From NCBI GenBank assembly GCA_035546615.1, contig DASZWM010000003.1, positions 32,001 to 96,000 on the forward strand: DNA of 64,000 bases, given 5' to 3'. This DNA is from Minisyncoccota bacterium (GTDB taxonomy: Bacteria; Patescibacteriota; Minisyncoccia; Phycocordibacterales; SBAW01). Under the pieces are notes generated by a model. It made no database searches. It saw nothing but the letters and a program-made list of their open reading frames with translations, and was not told the origin of the DNA. Below, piece by piece: positions 1-9,610 of this stretch; the first letter of the stretch is position 1, and each line of letters starts with the position of its first letter. The position numbers were made by a program, and so were the translations under genes.

Positions 1-438
1 AGCACATAGCGCACCGCAAGCGGCGGGTAAAATACCTGCGGGTACGTATCGGGAGATACGTTCTCGTTTATAGAAACCACGTTTCCCGTCTCGGAAATAA
101 AAAGTATGTCTATGGGGAACCGCATGTCCTTCATCCATATTCCCCAATCGCCGTTGTGCTCGAATGCCAAAAGCATTCCCCTGCCCTCAGGTAAAGAAGT
201 GCGGCCCGACAGCCCCTGCTCCTCCTGAGCTTGGTCGCTGGCTACTTCCACGACAATTGTGGTCGTGCCGACGGATATTTCTTTCGTTGGGAGCATAGTC
301 GGAACGGCAGGCATAGGATTGAAAGAATAATACAGCAAGAAAACTGCTACAGCAGCTGCGCCTATGCCGATGGCAACAAATGCCGATTTCATATCGATAC
401 TATAACCCTTCAAGTGTTGAGTTTTGCGTTAAGAGCTT

Positions 439-866
439 TTACCGCCACGCGGCGATAATCGCTCCCATCGCCGCCATCGAAGCAGCCGAGCACGCGCATT
501 CAAACAGCCACAGCTTTGCCGACCGTCCCATCCAAATGACTTCTATGGAAGAAGAGGTCACTAGGAATCCGAGCCAGACCAAGAGAGCGCAAGCGACGCC
601 GCCCCATATTCCGGCAATGCCGAAGATCGGAGATGAAGACACAAGCAGGTAGACCACCGCAAGAACGTATGCGGTAGCCAAATTCGCCGCAAGATTCCAC
701 GACATCTGCGGAACCATGTCGGAAAGCTTTTCCTTTCCGGTCGGATGGATATTGGCCAATTTCATCCACACCTTGCCGAAGAGGGGGCCGTGGAATAAAA
801 AGCCCAGAACGAAAGAAGCGACTGCCGCCGCGAGCACTGCCAGATAATTTATCGGGAGGTCCATAT
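439..866 (-). CDS. DUF1761-like small integral membrane protein
   Basis: The track ORF 439..951 starts at a GTG that overlaps tRNA-Ser. I trimmed it to the internal ATG (MDLPINYLAVLAAAV...). The product is hydrophobic throughout. Confidence 0.5.
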
Positions 867-911
867 ATAAAAGCCTAGTGATTAAGACTATACACTTAAG
901 TATACACTCGG

Positions 912-996
912 CGGAGGGTAGGAGATTCGAACTCCTGGTGGGTTGCCCCACACACGCTTTCCAAGCGTGCGCACTAGACCGCTATGCGAACCCTCC
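912..996 (-). tRNA. tRNA-Ser (anticodon GGA), type II with long variable arm
   Basis: Hand-folded cloverleaf. Acceptor GGAGGGT/ACCCTCC, anticodon stem ACGCT/AGCGT, loop TTGGAAA, a long extra arm, and T-loop TTCGAAT. Confidence 0.8.
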
Positions 997-1028
997 TATG
1001 CGAAGAAAATATAGCACAAAAAACGGTT

Positions 1029-1919
1029 TTATTCCCTCCCCACCAAGGCCGCGATGCGCTCCTCAATTGGTGGATGCGTCAGGAATAGTTTTGATACCGC
1101 GCTTGCAGCGGCGCGCGGGCCGAACGGATTCGATATGTACAAATGCGCAATCGCATTATTGGCGCGCTTCATGGGCGCCTGGTAGCTCCCAATCTTGCGC
1201 AGCGCGGACGCCAAGCCTTCTGGATAGCGTGTCAGCAAAGCGCCGGATGCGTCAGCGAGGAACTCGCGCTTGCGCGAGATCGCAAGCTGCAAAAGCGTTG
1301 CCATAATGGGCGCCAGCACGATAAGAGCGATGGCGACAACGGCAAGCAGCGGATTCTTGTTATCACGGTCGCCTCCCCCGCCGAGGATGCTGGAGCGCAG
1401 GAAGAAATCGGAAATAAGCGTGATGAATCCGACAAGCACCACCGCAACGGTTGAGACGAGCATGTCGCGATTGCCTACATGGGAAAGCTCGTGCGCTATA
1501 ACGCCCTCAAGCTCGGTTCGGCTCATCATGCCGAGCAACCCGGTCGTAACGGCGATGACCGCGTGCTTGGCATCGCGGCCGGTCGCGAAGGCGTTTGGCG
1601 CCGGGTCGTTGATGATGAAAATCCGCGGCTTCGGAAGCCCCGCGGTGATGGCGAGGTTCTCCACGACATTGTGGAGGTCCGGAAACTCCGCCTCGGCCGC
1701 CTCGCGCGCTCCTGCCATCGATACCACTATCTTGTCGGAGAACCAGTAGCTCGTGATATTCATGGCTACGGCAAAAATGACCGCGAATATGAGCAGTCCG
1801 GGGTTATTGAAATACCATGACACCGCCCAGCCTATCGCGATAACGACGCCGAAGAACAAAGTCATAAGGACCCAGGTTTTCGCGATGTTCTCGTCCTTAT
1901 GGGTGTAGAGAGTGGCCAT
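1029..1919 (-). CDS. htpX: Zinc metalloprotease HtpX (M48 family)
   Basis: HELSHV HExxH motif, four TM segments, typical HtpX length. Confidence 0.9.
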   Translation of the reverse strand: MATLYTHKDENIAKTWVLMTLFFGVVIAIGWAVSWYFNNPGLLIFAVIFAVAMNITSYWFSDKIVVSMAGAREAAEAEFPDLHNVVENLAITAGLPKPRIFIINDPAPNAFATGRDAKHAVIAVTTGLLGMMSRTELEGVIAHELSHVGNRDMLVSTVAVVLVGFITLISDFFLRSSILGGGGDRDNKNPLLAVVAIALIVLAPIMATLLQLAISRKREFLADASGALLTRYPEGLASALRKIGSYQAPMKRANNAIAHLYISNPFGPRAAASAVSKLFLTHPPIEERIAALVGRE

Positions 1920-1974
1920 ATGGGTACACTATACCAAACCGGCGGCCATATAAAGAGAAAGGGCAGCCCGCGGG

Positions 1975-2472
1975 CTACCCAGTTGAAATAAGCAGTATTT
2001 TCTTTTCGAATCCGCCGACCCGTAAGCGCTTTTCTTGCCGGGCGCTTTCTATCTGCGCGAAGGAAAGTCCTTCCGCTCTCGCCAGGCTGATAAGCGCCCA
2101 GTAGAAGCCCGTGAGAAGCTCCGCGTAGCGGGCTCGCTCGCTGCCCGCAATGCCGGTAGCGCGGACGAAGATACGCCGCCTGAGATGCGAGCTATCGGCA
2201 TCGTACAGCTCCGGCGTGTGGACGCTCGCGTCGGGATATATGACGCATCGGCGCTCAAGCTCACGCCAGACCTCAAGGACGTCCGCGCACTCCGAAAGAA
2301 CATCCTTAGGCTCCTGGGCTTTTTCCAGCTCCTCGCTTTCTTCGGCAAGCTTCTCAACAAGCCGGGGCAGGAATTCGTCGGCGGAAAGGGGCCTCCAATC
2401 CGCCGTTTCGCCGCCACGAAGGATCTTGTCGATTATTCCGTCGCGCACGAGTTTATTGTGGTACGTCGTCAT
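1975..2472 (-). CDS. MazG-like nucleoside triphosphate pyrophosphohydrolase (YpjD-like)
   Basis: N-terminal MTTYHNKLVRDGIIDKI and an acidic EE..E motif resemble the MazG/HisE-like all-alpha NTP-PPase fold. Assigned from memory. Confidence 0.5.
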   Translation of the reverse strand: MTTYHNKLVRDGIIDKILRGGETADWRPLSADEFLPRLVEKLAEESEELEKAQEPKDVLSECADVLEVWRELERRCVIYPDASVHTPELYDADSSHLRRRIFVRATGIAGSERARYAELLTGFYWALISLARAEGLSFAQIESARQEKRLRVGGFEKKILLISTG

Positions 2473-2516
2473 GACGATCCCCTTTCCTTTTCCGAAGGCA
2501 CTCTACCAGAAACGGC

Positions 2517-3077
2517 TTAGAACTGCACCTTCACCGGCTCGCGGGCGGCGGCCTCGTCGGCGCTCAGCTCGAAATATTCTTTTTGCTCGAAATGGAAGAC
2601 GCCGGCTATCACGTTGCCGGGGAACGACTGAAGGCCGGTGTTGAGGTCGCGCACGTTGCCGTTGTAGAAGCGGCGGGCCGCCTGGATCTTGTTCTCGGTG
2701 TCGGAAAGCTCTGTCTGGAGGCCGAGGAAATTCTGGTTCGCCTTGAGGTCCGGATACGCTTCCGCGACCGCAAAGAGCGACTTCAAAGCGCCGGACAGCA
2801 TATTCTCCGCCTGGCCCTTTTCCTCGGGCCCTTGCGCGCCCATCGCGGCAGCGCGCGCCTTCGTTACGTTCTCGAACGCCTCGCGCTCGTGCGTCGCGTA
2901 TCCTTTGACGGTCTCGACAAGATTCGGGATAAGGTCGTAGCGGCGCTTGAGCTGCACATCGATATCCGCCCATGCTTCCTTAACGCGCTGCACGAGCGTG
3001 ACGAAATGGTTGTACGAGACGATAACCCAGAACACGAGCACCGCAGCAGCTGCCAGCACTATATAGAGAGGTGTCAT
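2517..3077 (-). CDS. lemA: LemA family protein
   Basis: N-terminal TM helix followed by SYNHFVTLVQRVKEAWADIDVQLKRRYDLIPNLVETVKGYATHE, which is LemA-typical. The track start at 3095 is TTG; an ATG lies at 3077. Confidence 0.85.
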   Translation of the reverse strand: MTPLYIVLAAAAVLVFWVIVSYNHFVTLVQRVKEAWADIDVQLKRRYDLIPNLVETVKGYATHEREAFENVTKARAAAMGAQGPEEKGQAENMLSGALKSLFAVAEAYPDLKANQNFLGLQTELSDTENKIQAARRFYNGNVRDLNTGLQSFPGNVIAGVFHFEQKEYFELSADEAAAREPVKVQF

Positions 3078-3146
3078 ATGTATATGGTATCTCAAAAAGT
3101 ATGGATGTAAAGCATCAAAAAACCCCGCTGATGCGGGGTTTTTTGA

Positions 3147-4850
3147 TTAGTAGTCCATGTCGTCTCCGCCCATTCCTCCCATGCCTCCCTGCATGCCGGG
3201 GCTTCCCTTTTCTTCCTTCGGCTCCTCCGCTATCACCGCTTCGGTCGTCAACAGCATTGCCGCCGCGGATGCCGCGCGCTCCAGGCCCGTGCGCGCCACC
3301 TTGACCGGGTCAATGATGCCGGCCGCTATCATATCGGGCACCACTTCGTTCTTGACCGCGTCGTAGCCGGCGTTCCCGCTTGCCTCGCGCACCTTCTCCA
3401 CGACCACGCCCGGGTCCACGCCCGCGTTCATGGCTATCTGGCGGAGCGGCTGCTCAAGCGCCTTGATGATTATTTCGTAGCCCACGCGCTCTTCGTGGCT
3501 CATACTCGTGAGCGAAGACTCCACGACCGGCGCGATGGAGCCGCGGCGCGGCTTTATCTTGGCGAACCCTTCCACTACCTTTTGTGCCGCCTTCACGAGC
3601 GACGTGCCGCCGCCCGGAACGATACCCTCCTCAATGGCTGCCTTGGTCGCATTGACCGCGTCCTCGATCTTCAGCTTCAAATACTTCATTTCGGTCTCGG
3701 TCGCCGCGCCCACGCGGATGACAGCAACGCCGCCGGACAACTTTGCCAGGCGCTCGTTGAACTTCTCCTTGTCGAACTTGGAGTCGGTCGATTCTACCTG
3801 CGCGCGTATTTGCGCAATGCGCGCATCGATGTCTTTCTTGGCGCCCTTGCCGCCGACTATCACCGTCGAGTCCTTTGTTGCAATAACCTTGCCGGCCTTG
3901 CCAAGCATGCCAAGCGTCGCATTCTCGAACTTGACGCCGGTCTTCTCTGAAATCAGCTCGCCGCCGGTCATGATGGCGATGTCTTCGAGCATTTCCTGCT
4001 TGCGGTCGCCGTAGCCCGGCGCCTTTATCGCCAGCACGTTGAACGAGCCGCGCAGCTTGTTGAGGATAAATGTGGAGAGCGCTTCGCCGTCCACGTCGTC
4101 GGCCACGATGACCAAGTCCTTCTTGCCGGACTCCGCTACCTTCTGGAGTATCGGGAGCACTTCCTGCACGCTCGATATCTTTTTGTCGGTAATCAGTATC
4201 GGCGCGTCCTTATATACGGCTTCCATGCGGCTGGCGTCGGTCACCATGTAGGCGGACACGTAGCCGCGGTCGAACTCGAGGCCCTCTACGACCTCCTTTT
4301 CGATGCCGAGGCTCTGCGACTCTTCCACCGTCACTACGCCGTCCTTCCCCACTTCTTTAATAGTGTCGGCAATTATTGCGCCGATTTCCGCGGACTCCGC
4401 GGAAATGGTCGCGACCTGGCGTATCTCGTCGTCGTTTTGGATCTTCTTGGCAAGGCCGCGCAACGCGGCAACGGCATCGGCGGCAGCCTTCTCGATGCCG
4501 GCGCGCACGCCCATGGCATTCAGGCCCGCTTCCGTGTGCTTCATGCCTTCCTCGACTATCGCCTGAAGGAGCACGACGGAGGTCGTAGTGCCGTCGCCCG
4601 CGATGTCGTTGGTGCGGCTTGCCACTTCCTTCACTATCTCGGCGCCCATATTCTCGAACTTGTTGCTGAAAGATATCTCCTTGGCGATGGAAACGCCGTC
4701 GTTGGTGATGGTGGGGCTTCCGTAGCCCTTGTCCAGGGCGACGTTGCGGCCGCGGGGGCCGAGCGTTATCTTCACCGCGTTCGCGGCCTTGTCGATGCCT
4801 GCCTTCAGCGTCCGGCGCGCGCGCTCGTTAAAAAGGATTTGCTTTGCCAT
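3147..4850 (-). CDS. groL: Chaperonin GroEL (60 kDa)
   Basis: Full-length match to GroEL ([12 protein letters not shown], ...), C-terminal GGM repeats, and groES immediately upstream. Confidence 0.98.
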   Translation of the reverse strand: MAKQILFNERARRTLKAGIDKAANAVKITLGPRGRNVALDKGYGSPTITNDGVSIAKEISFSNKFENMGAEIVKEVASRTNDIAGDGTTTSVVLLQAIVEEGMKHTEAGLNAMGVRAGIEKAAADAVAALRGLAKKIQNDDEIRQVATISAESAEIGAIIADTIKEVGKDGVVTVEESQSLGIEKEVVEGLEFDRGYVSAYMVTDASRMEAVYKDAPILITDKKISSVQEVLPILQKVAESGKKDLVIVADDVDGEALSTFILNKLRGSFNVLAIKAPGYGDRKQEMLEDIAIMTGGELISEKTGVKFENATLGMLGKAGKVIATKDSTVIVGGKGAKKDIDARIAQIRAQVESTDSKFDKEKFNERLAKLSGGVAVIRVGAATETEMKYLKLKIEDAVNATKAAIEEGIVPGGGTSLVKAAQKVVEGFAKIKPRRGSIAPVVESSLTSMSHEERVGYEIIIKALEQPLRQIAMNAGVDPGVVVEKVREASGNAGYDAVKNEVVPDMIAAGIIDPVKVARTGLERAASAAAMLLTTEAVIAEEPKEEKGSPGMQGGMGGMGGDDMDY

Positions 4851-4881
4851 AGGTAAGGTAAAGAATTACGGGATAATCTGG

Positions 4882-5265
4882 TTATTTAAGTATTGCGAGG
4901 ATCTCGGATTCGGACACGAAGTAATATTCCACGCCGTTTATCTTCTCCGGCTCGCTCCACGGCTTCGTGAAGTACACGCGGTCGCCGACTTTTACGTCGA
5001 ACTGTAGCCGTTCGCCGTTCTCCCCCCGCTTGCCGGTACCGACCGCCACCACAATGCCGCGGTTGGGCTTGGTCTTGTCGACGGTCTCGGGAATAATGAT
5101 GCCGAAGGAGGTCGTGGTGCCCATTTCCTCCTCGGAGAGCGGCCGCACGAGCACTTTGTCGCCCAGCGGCATGATGCCGCTCTTGTTGACGGGCTCTGAA
5201 GCGCGCGCGGGCTTGGCTCCGGTTTTCTTAGCAGTCTTAGCCGCCTTTTTTGCCTTCTTTTTCAT
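4882..5265 (-). CDS. groS: Co-chaperonin GroES with N-terminal Lys/Ala-rich extension
   Basis: The core IMPLGDKVLVRP...GIIIPE...VVAVG is GroES. The ATG at 5265 adds a 30-aa KKAKKAAK tail. An alternative start is the internal ATG at about 5172. Confidence 0.9.
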   Translation of the reverse strand: MKKKAKKAAKTAKKTGAKPARASEPVNKSGIMPLGDKVLVRPLSEEEMGTTTSFGIIIPETVDKTKPNRGIVVAVGTGKRGENGERLQFDVKVGDRVYFTKPWSEPEKINGVEYYFVSESEILAILK

Positions 5266-5303
5266 ATGAAATAAGGTGGTTAAAAACGTATAAAGTCGGC
5301 AGA

Positions 5304-5333
5304 AGTATAGATAAAATCCGCCCTATTTGTCAA
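5304..5333 (-). promoter_or_regulatory. Sigma70-like promoter upstream of groES (TTGACA-N18-TATACT); no CIRCE seen
   Basis: The minus-strand sequence reads TTGACAAATAGGGCGGATTTTATCTATACT about 40 nt upstream of the groES ATG. Confidence 0.4.
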
Positions 5334-5364
5334 ACAGAAAACGTGTTGCGCTCTAGGGGAGCCC

Positions 5365-5616
5365 GTGATAACCTTGTGGGCAATGGCAGCAATAAGCGGG
5401 ATACTCCCGTACATACAGGTAGTGGTTTCCGTGCTTCTTATCGCATGCATCCTCTTGCAGCAGACGGGGGCAAGCATGGGCGGCGCGTTCGGCGGCGACA
5501 ATTTCAGCGCCGGATACCACACGCGCCGCGGTTCCGAAAAGACGTTCTTCTACGCGACGATGGTCCTCGCCGCGGTTCTTGCGGCGTTGTCATTGGCAAC
5601 CCTCTTGCTACAATAG
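5365..5616 (+). CDS. secG: Preprotein translocase subunit SecG
   Basis: Two TM helices separated by QQTGASMGGAFGGDNFSAGYHTRRGSEKT, which is the SecG signature Gly-rich loop. Confidence 0.75.
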   Translation: MITLWAMAAISGILPYIQVVVSVLLIACILLQQTGASMGGAFGGDNFSAGYHTRRGSEKTFFYATMVLAAVLAALSLATLLLQ

Positions 5617-5774
5617 AGGTTCATCGGGGCAGGCCCCGAAACTGAGTAGGACGAGCTTCGCTCGCACTCCATAATATTGAACCCATATTCACGTCGCTCG
5701 CTCGGAAATAAAAATGAGGACATTCTTATTTCTCTCACTCGCTAGCGAATAGTCAGCAAATCTAATTTATATCT

Positions 5775-7547
5775 ATGCGTTCACTTTGGCGTACTCTCTC
5801 GAGACCCGTATATATCCCGCTTGCCGACAGGGCGGAGGACACCTATCGCGCCCTTTCCCGCACCGGGCGGGCCCTTTTCATACTCCTGGCCGGCGTCATG
5901 ATAGCCAGCTGCGCGGGGCTCCTGTATCTCCTTAACGACTCGCTCATTAGGCCCGTGCCGGCGTACGGCGGCAGCGTATCGGAAGGCATCGTCGGCAGCC
6001 CGCGCTTCGTAAACCCCGTGCTCGCCGTGTCCGACGCCGACCGCGACCTTTCCATACTCATCTATTCCGGCCTCCTGCGCGCAACGCCCGAAGGCCGGTA
6101 CGTGCCCGACCTTGCCGAAAGCTATACGCTGTCCGACGACGGCCTCACGTACACGTTCGCGCTGCGCGGCAATGCCACCTTCCACGACCGCACGCCGGTC
6201 ACCGCCGACGATGTCGTATTTACCGTCGGGAAGGCGCAGAACGCGGCGATAAAAAGCCCGCTTCGCGCCAATTGGAACGGCGTCACGGTGGAGGCCGTGG
6301 ACCCGCGCACCGTGCGCTTCACCCTGCGCCAGCGCTACGCGCCGTTCATCCACAACCTCACGCTCGGCATCCTCCCGAAGCACTTGTGGCAGAACGTGAG
6401 CGACGAGGAATTCCCCTTCAGCGACCTCAATACCAGCCCCGTAGGCTCGGGGCCTTTCATGGTCGGGAACATCTCGCGCACGCCTTCCGGCATTCCCTCA
6501 AGCTACGAGCTTGACTCGTTCAGGGGCTACGCGCTCGGCGCCCCGTTCCTTTCCTCCATCGTGCTCTCTTTCTATCAAAGCGAAAGCGCGCTCGCCGACG
6601 CGCTCAAGCAGGGCGACGTGGAGGCCGGCAGCGGCCTCTCCCCCGCCATGCTCTCCGACATCCCGGGAGCCAACATAGAGCGCTCCGCGCTTAACCGCGT
6701 GTTCGGCGTCTTCTTCAACCAGAACCAGTCGGAGGTGCTGCGCGATATCGACGTCCGCCGCGCGCTTGCCGACTCCGTCGACCAGGACCGCCTGGTGAAA
6801 GAGGTGCTGGACGGCTACGGCACACCGCTCAAGGGCCCCATACCGCCCGACATTCTCCCCGGCTCGGCCCCCGCAGCTACGGAAAGCCCGGCGACCACGA
6901 GCGCCGACGCGCCGGTTATTGCGGCGCAAGACAGGCTCACGGCCAAAGGCTGGGTCAAGAACGACGCCGGAATACTCCAGAAAACCGTCGGCAAGGGAAA
7001 GGACGCCAAGACGACCGCGCTCGCCTTCTCGCTTTCGACCGGCAACGTGCCGGAACTGCGCGCCGCCGCCGAGTACCTGCGCCGCCAGTGGGGGGCTCTC
7101 GGCGCGGACGTAGACGTGAAAGTGTTCGACCAGGGCGACCTGTCGCAGAACGTCATCCGCCCCCGCAAGTACGACGCGCTCCTCTTCGGCGAGGTCGTCG
7201 GCCGCGAGCTCGACCTGTTCGCGTTCTGGCACTCGAGCCAGCGCAACGACCCGGGCCTCAACGTGGCGGCGTACGCCAACTCGACCGCGGACAAGATACT
7301 TGAGGACCTGCGCCAGACGAGCAATGACCAGGAGCGCGAAAGCCTGTACGAAAAGTTCCTGGCCGAGCTCAACCGCGACGTTCCGGCGGTATTTCTCTAT
7401 GCGCCCGATTTCGTGTATAGTATCCCTAAAGACGTGCAAGGCCTTGATCTCGGCTTTATCGAGACTCCAAGCGACCGTTTCCTCTCCGCGCCCTACTGGC
7501 ACCGGGAAGTAGACTACGTGTGGCCGCTATTCAGCCGGGGCAAATAG
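5775..7547 (+). CDS. ABC transporter substrate-binding protein, family 5 (peptide/nickel type), membrane-anchored
   Basis: N-terminal TM anchor followed by a roughly 520-aa domain with SBP_bac_5-like motifs (YTFALRGNATFHD, LLFGEVVGRELDLFAFWHSSQ). Confidence 0.75.
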   Translation: MRSLWRTLSRPVYIPLADRAEDTYRALSRTGRALFILLAGVMIASCAGLLYLLNDSLIRPVPAYGGSVSEGIVGSPRFVNPVLAVSDADRDLSILIYSGLLRATPEGRYVPDLAESYTLSDDGLTYTFALRGNATFHDRTPVTADDVVFTVGKAQNAAIKSPLRANWNGVTVEAVDPRTVRFTLRQRYAPFIHNLTLGILPKHLWQNVSDEEFPFSDLNTSPVGSGPFMVGNISRTPSGIPSSYELDSFRGYALGAPFLSSIVLSFYQSESALADALKQGDVEAGSGLSPAMLSDIPGANIERSALNRVFGVFFNQNQSEVLRDIDVRRALADSVDQDRLVKEVLDGYGTPLKGPIPPDILPGSAPAATESPATTSADAPVIAAQDRLTAKGWVKNDAGILQKTVGKGKDAKTTALAFSLSTGNVPELRAAAEYLRRQWGALGADVDVKVFDQGDLSQNVIRPRKYDALLFGEVVGRELDLFAFWHSSQRNDPGLNVAAYANSTADKILEDLRQTSNDQERESLYEKFLAELNRDVPAVFLYAPDFVYSIPKDVQGLDLGFIETPSDRFLSAPYWHREVDYVWPLFSRGK

Positions 7548-7575
7548 TTTTAATAACAGAGTTAACAGACAGTAT

Positions 7576-9459
7576 ATGGAAGAAAGAAAGAAATCGTTTC
7601 CCCCGCGAAGCGGCGCGGGTGCAGCAGGCGGCGGCAGGCGCTCCGGCGGAGGCCGCCGCGGCTTCGGCGGCAAAGGCGGGCGTCCCCGCCAGGGCGGCCC
7701 CCGCCCGCACCAGGTGCATCCCCCGCGCGAGATAAAAGAAAGCTTCGCGTCCGGCAATCCGGCCGACCCGGTCATTCCGCCGCTTGAAGCCGGAAATATC
7801 CGCATCATTCCCCTGGGCGGCGTGGAGGAAATCGGCAAGAACATGACGGCGGTCGAATTCGGCGACGATATCCTTATCATCGACGCCGGCTTCCAGTTCC
7901 GCGAGGCCGACACCCCGGGCATCGACTATATCCTTCCCAACACCAAGTACCTGGAGGAGCGCAAGGACAAGATCCGCGGGCTTTTCATCACGCACGGCCA
8001 CCTCGACCACATCGGCGCCATCCCCTACATCATCGACCGCATCGGCTATCCGGAGATCTACACCCGCCGGCTCACCGCCATCATGATAAAGAAGCGCCAG
8101 GAGGAATTCCCCAACCTGAAGCCGGTCACCATACACGAGGTTGAAAAGGACGACACCGTAAAGGTCGGCGGCCTGCGCGTGCGCTTCTTCTCCGTCTATC
8201 ACACCATCCCCGACTCGATGGGCATCATCGTCGAGACGCCGTACGGCGACCTGGTCTTCACCGGCGACCTGCGCCTGGACCACGTCGACGGCGTGCCGAC
8301 CGAGACCGAAGAGAAGGAGTTCTCCTGGTTCGCCGACCGCAAGGTCCTCTTCCTCGCCGCAGACTCGACCAACTGCGAGCGCCCCGGCTTCTCGCTCCCC
8401 GAGCGCATCGTCAAGAAGAACCTCGACGAGATAATAGCCACCACCCCCGGCCGCCTCATCATCGGCACGTTCTCCAGCCAGCTCGAGCGCCTCATGCGCA
8501 TGATAGAGCAGGCCGAGAAGGTGGGCCGCAAGATACTGGTCGAGGGCCGCTCCATGAAGGTCAACATCGAGATTGTGAAGCACCTCGGCCTTCTTAAGGT
8601 GAACGAAAAGACGTTCATCGACGCCGCCCAGCTCGAAAGCCTCCCCGACAGCAAGGTGGCCATTCTCGCCACGGGCGCCCAGGGCGACGAGTTCGCCGCG
8701 CTCATGCGCATCGCTATGAAGACGCACAAGTACGTCAAGATAAAGAAGGGCGACACTGTCGTGCTCTCCTCCTCCATCGTGCCGGGCAACGAGCGAAGCG
8801 TGCAGAAGCTCAAGGACAATCTTTCCCGCCAGGGCGCGCGCATCATCCATCGCGACACCATGGACGTTCACGCCTCGGGCCACGCCAACCGCGACGAGAC
8901 CTTCTGGATACATCAGAAGATAAACCCGCGCTTCTTCATGCCCATGCACGGCTACCACTACATGCTGCGCGTCCATGCCGACATCGCCAAGGCCTGCGGC
9001 CGCAGCGAGGACGAGGTGGTCATCCCCGACAACGGCTCCGTCATCGAGATCCGCGATGAAGGCCAGAGGATAGTCCGCCTCAAGGAGAGCGCGCCCAATT
9101 CCCTGCGCCTCGTGGACGGCTTCGCGATCGGCGACATCCAGGAAGTCGTTATCCGCGACCGCAACGTCTTGGCGGCCGAAGGCATGTTCGTCATCATCGC
9201 CACGGTCAACCCCAAGAACGGCCGCCTGCGCAAATCGCCCGACATCATCTCCCGCGGCTTCGTGTACCTGCGCGAATCGCAGGAACTGCTCCAGCAGGCG
9301 CGCATCATCGTTAAAAAGACGATCGAGGACACGGCAGCCGGCCAGCAGCCCGTCAACTTCGACATGGTCAAGAACAACGTTACCGACGCGGTAGCGAAGT
9401 TCCTCTTCGAAAAAACAAACAAGCGCCCCATCGTCATCCCCGTAGTGCTGGGAGTATAA
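7576..9459 (+). CDS. rnj: Ribonuclease J (metallo-beta-lactamase/beta-CASP) with RG-rich N-terminal extension
   Basis: HGHLDHIGA motif and beta-CASP region. Full-length similarity to RNase J, plus a 60-aa Arg/Gly-rich N-terminal extension. Confidence 0.95.
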   Translation: MEERKKSFPPRSGAGAAGGGRRSGGGRRGFGGKGGRPRQGGPRPHQVHPPREIKESFASGNPADPVIPPLEAGNIRIIPLGGVEEIGKNMTAVEFGDDILIIDAGFQFREADTPGIDYILPNTKYLEERKDKIRGLFITHGHLDHIGAIPYIIDRIGYPEIYTRRLTAIMIKKRQEEFPNLKPVTIHEVEKDDTVKVGGLRVRFFSVYHTIPDSMGIIVETPYGDLVFTGDLRLDHVDGVPTETEEKEFSWFADRKVLFLAADSTNCERPGFSLPERIVKKNLDEIIATTPGRLIIGTFSSQLERLMRMIEQAEKVGRKILVEGRSMKVNIEIVKHLGLLKVNEKTFIDAAQLESLPDSKVAILATGAQGDEFAALMRIAMKTHKYVKIKKGDTVVLSSSIVPGNERSVQKLKDNLSRQGARIIHRDTMDVHASGHANRDETFWIHQKINPRFFMPMHGYHYMLRVHADIAKACGRSEDEVVIPDNGSVIEIRDEGQRIVRLKESAPNSLRLVDGFAIGDIQEVVIRDRNVLAAEGMFVIIATVNPKNGRLRKSPDIISRGFVYLRESQELLQQARIIVKKTIEDTAAGQQPVNFDMVKNNVTDAVAKFLFEKTNKRPIVIPVVLGV

Positions 9460-9467
9460 AATCCTAC

Positions 9468-9496
9468 TTGACTTTTTAGTCGAATAGGTATATAAT
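9468..9496 (+). promoter_or_regulatory. Near-consensus sigma70 promoter (TTGACT-N17-TATAAT)
   Basis: Seen directly in sequence. No downstream plus-strand CDS. A structured ~100-nt region and a terminator follow. Confidence 0.5.
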
Positions 9497-9502
9497 AGAT
9501 TA

Positions 9503-9605
9503 AGTACGTGCGGGTGCCTGACAGCCCTGCACGAGGACTGGGGCCTTCCAGTGGCTCCTCCAGTCCGAAAAGGCGTACGCGGGTAACTCTGCGTACGTCT
9601 TTTTC
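9503..9605 (+). ncRNA. Candidate small RNA (promoter-to-terminator unit, two internal hairpins)
   Basis: Hairpins GUGCGGG..CCUGCAC and GGACUGG..CCAGUCC precede terminator stem GCGUACGC/GCGUACG plus a U-run. No match to known families could be tested. Confidence 0.3.
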
Positions 9606-9610
9606 TTTTC
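9572..9610. terminator. Bidirectional intrinsic terminator (also serves the minus-strand glycosylase gene)
   Basis: The palindromic GC stem is flanked by T-runs on both strands. Confidence 0.5.

Noticed and set aside
500-769. Antisense and out-of-frame ORFs inside real genes (for example 500..769, 1143..1454, 2049..2417, 3508..4014, 7531..8976, 13734..15260, 29137..30021, 37729..39093, 45293..46648, 62306..63793)
   Set aside because: In GC-rich DNA long stop-free frames arise by chance. These overlap strongly supported genes on the other strand (GroEL, RNase J, YibE/F, TypA, ABC-F, LigA and others), have skewed Arg/Ala/Pro-rich composition, and match no family.
3147-3200. GGM tandem repeat at the 3' end of groEL
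   Set aside because: This is the normal C-terminal (GGM)n tail of GroEL, not a DNA repeat element or microsatellite of independent interest.
5266-5364. CIRCE (HrcA) inverted repeat upstream of groES
   Set aside because: I looked for TTAGCACTC-N9-GAGTGCTAA and found nothing resembling it. Only a sigma70-like promoter is present.
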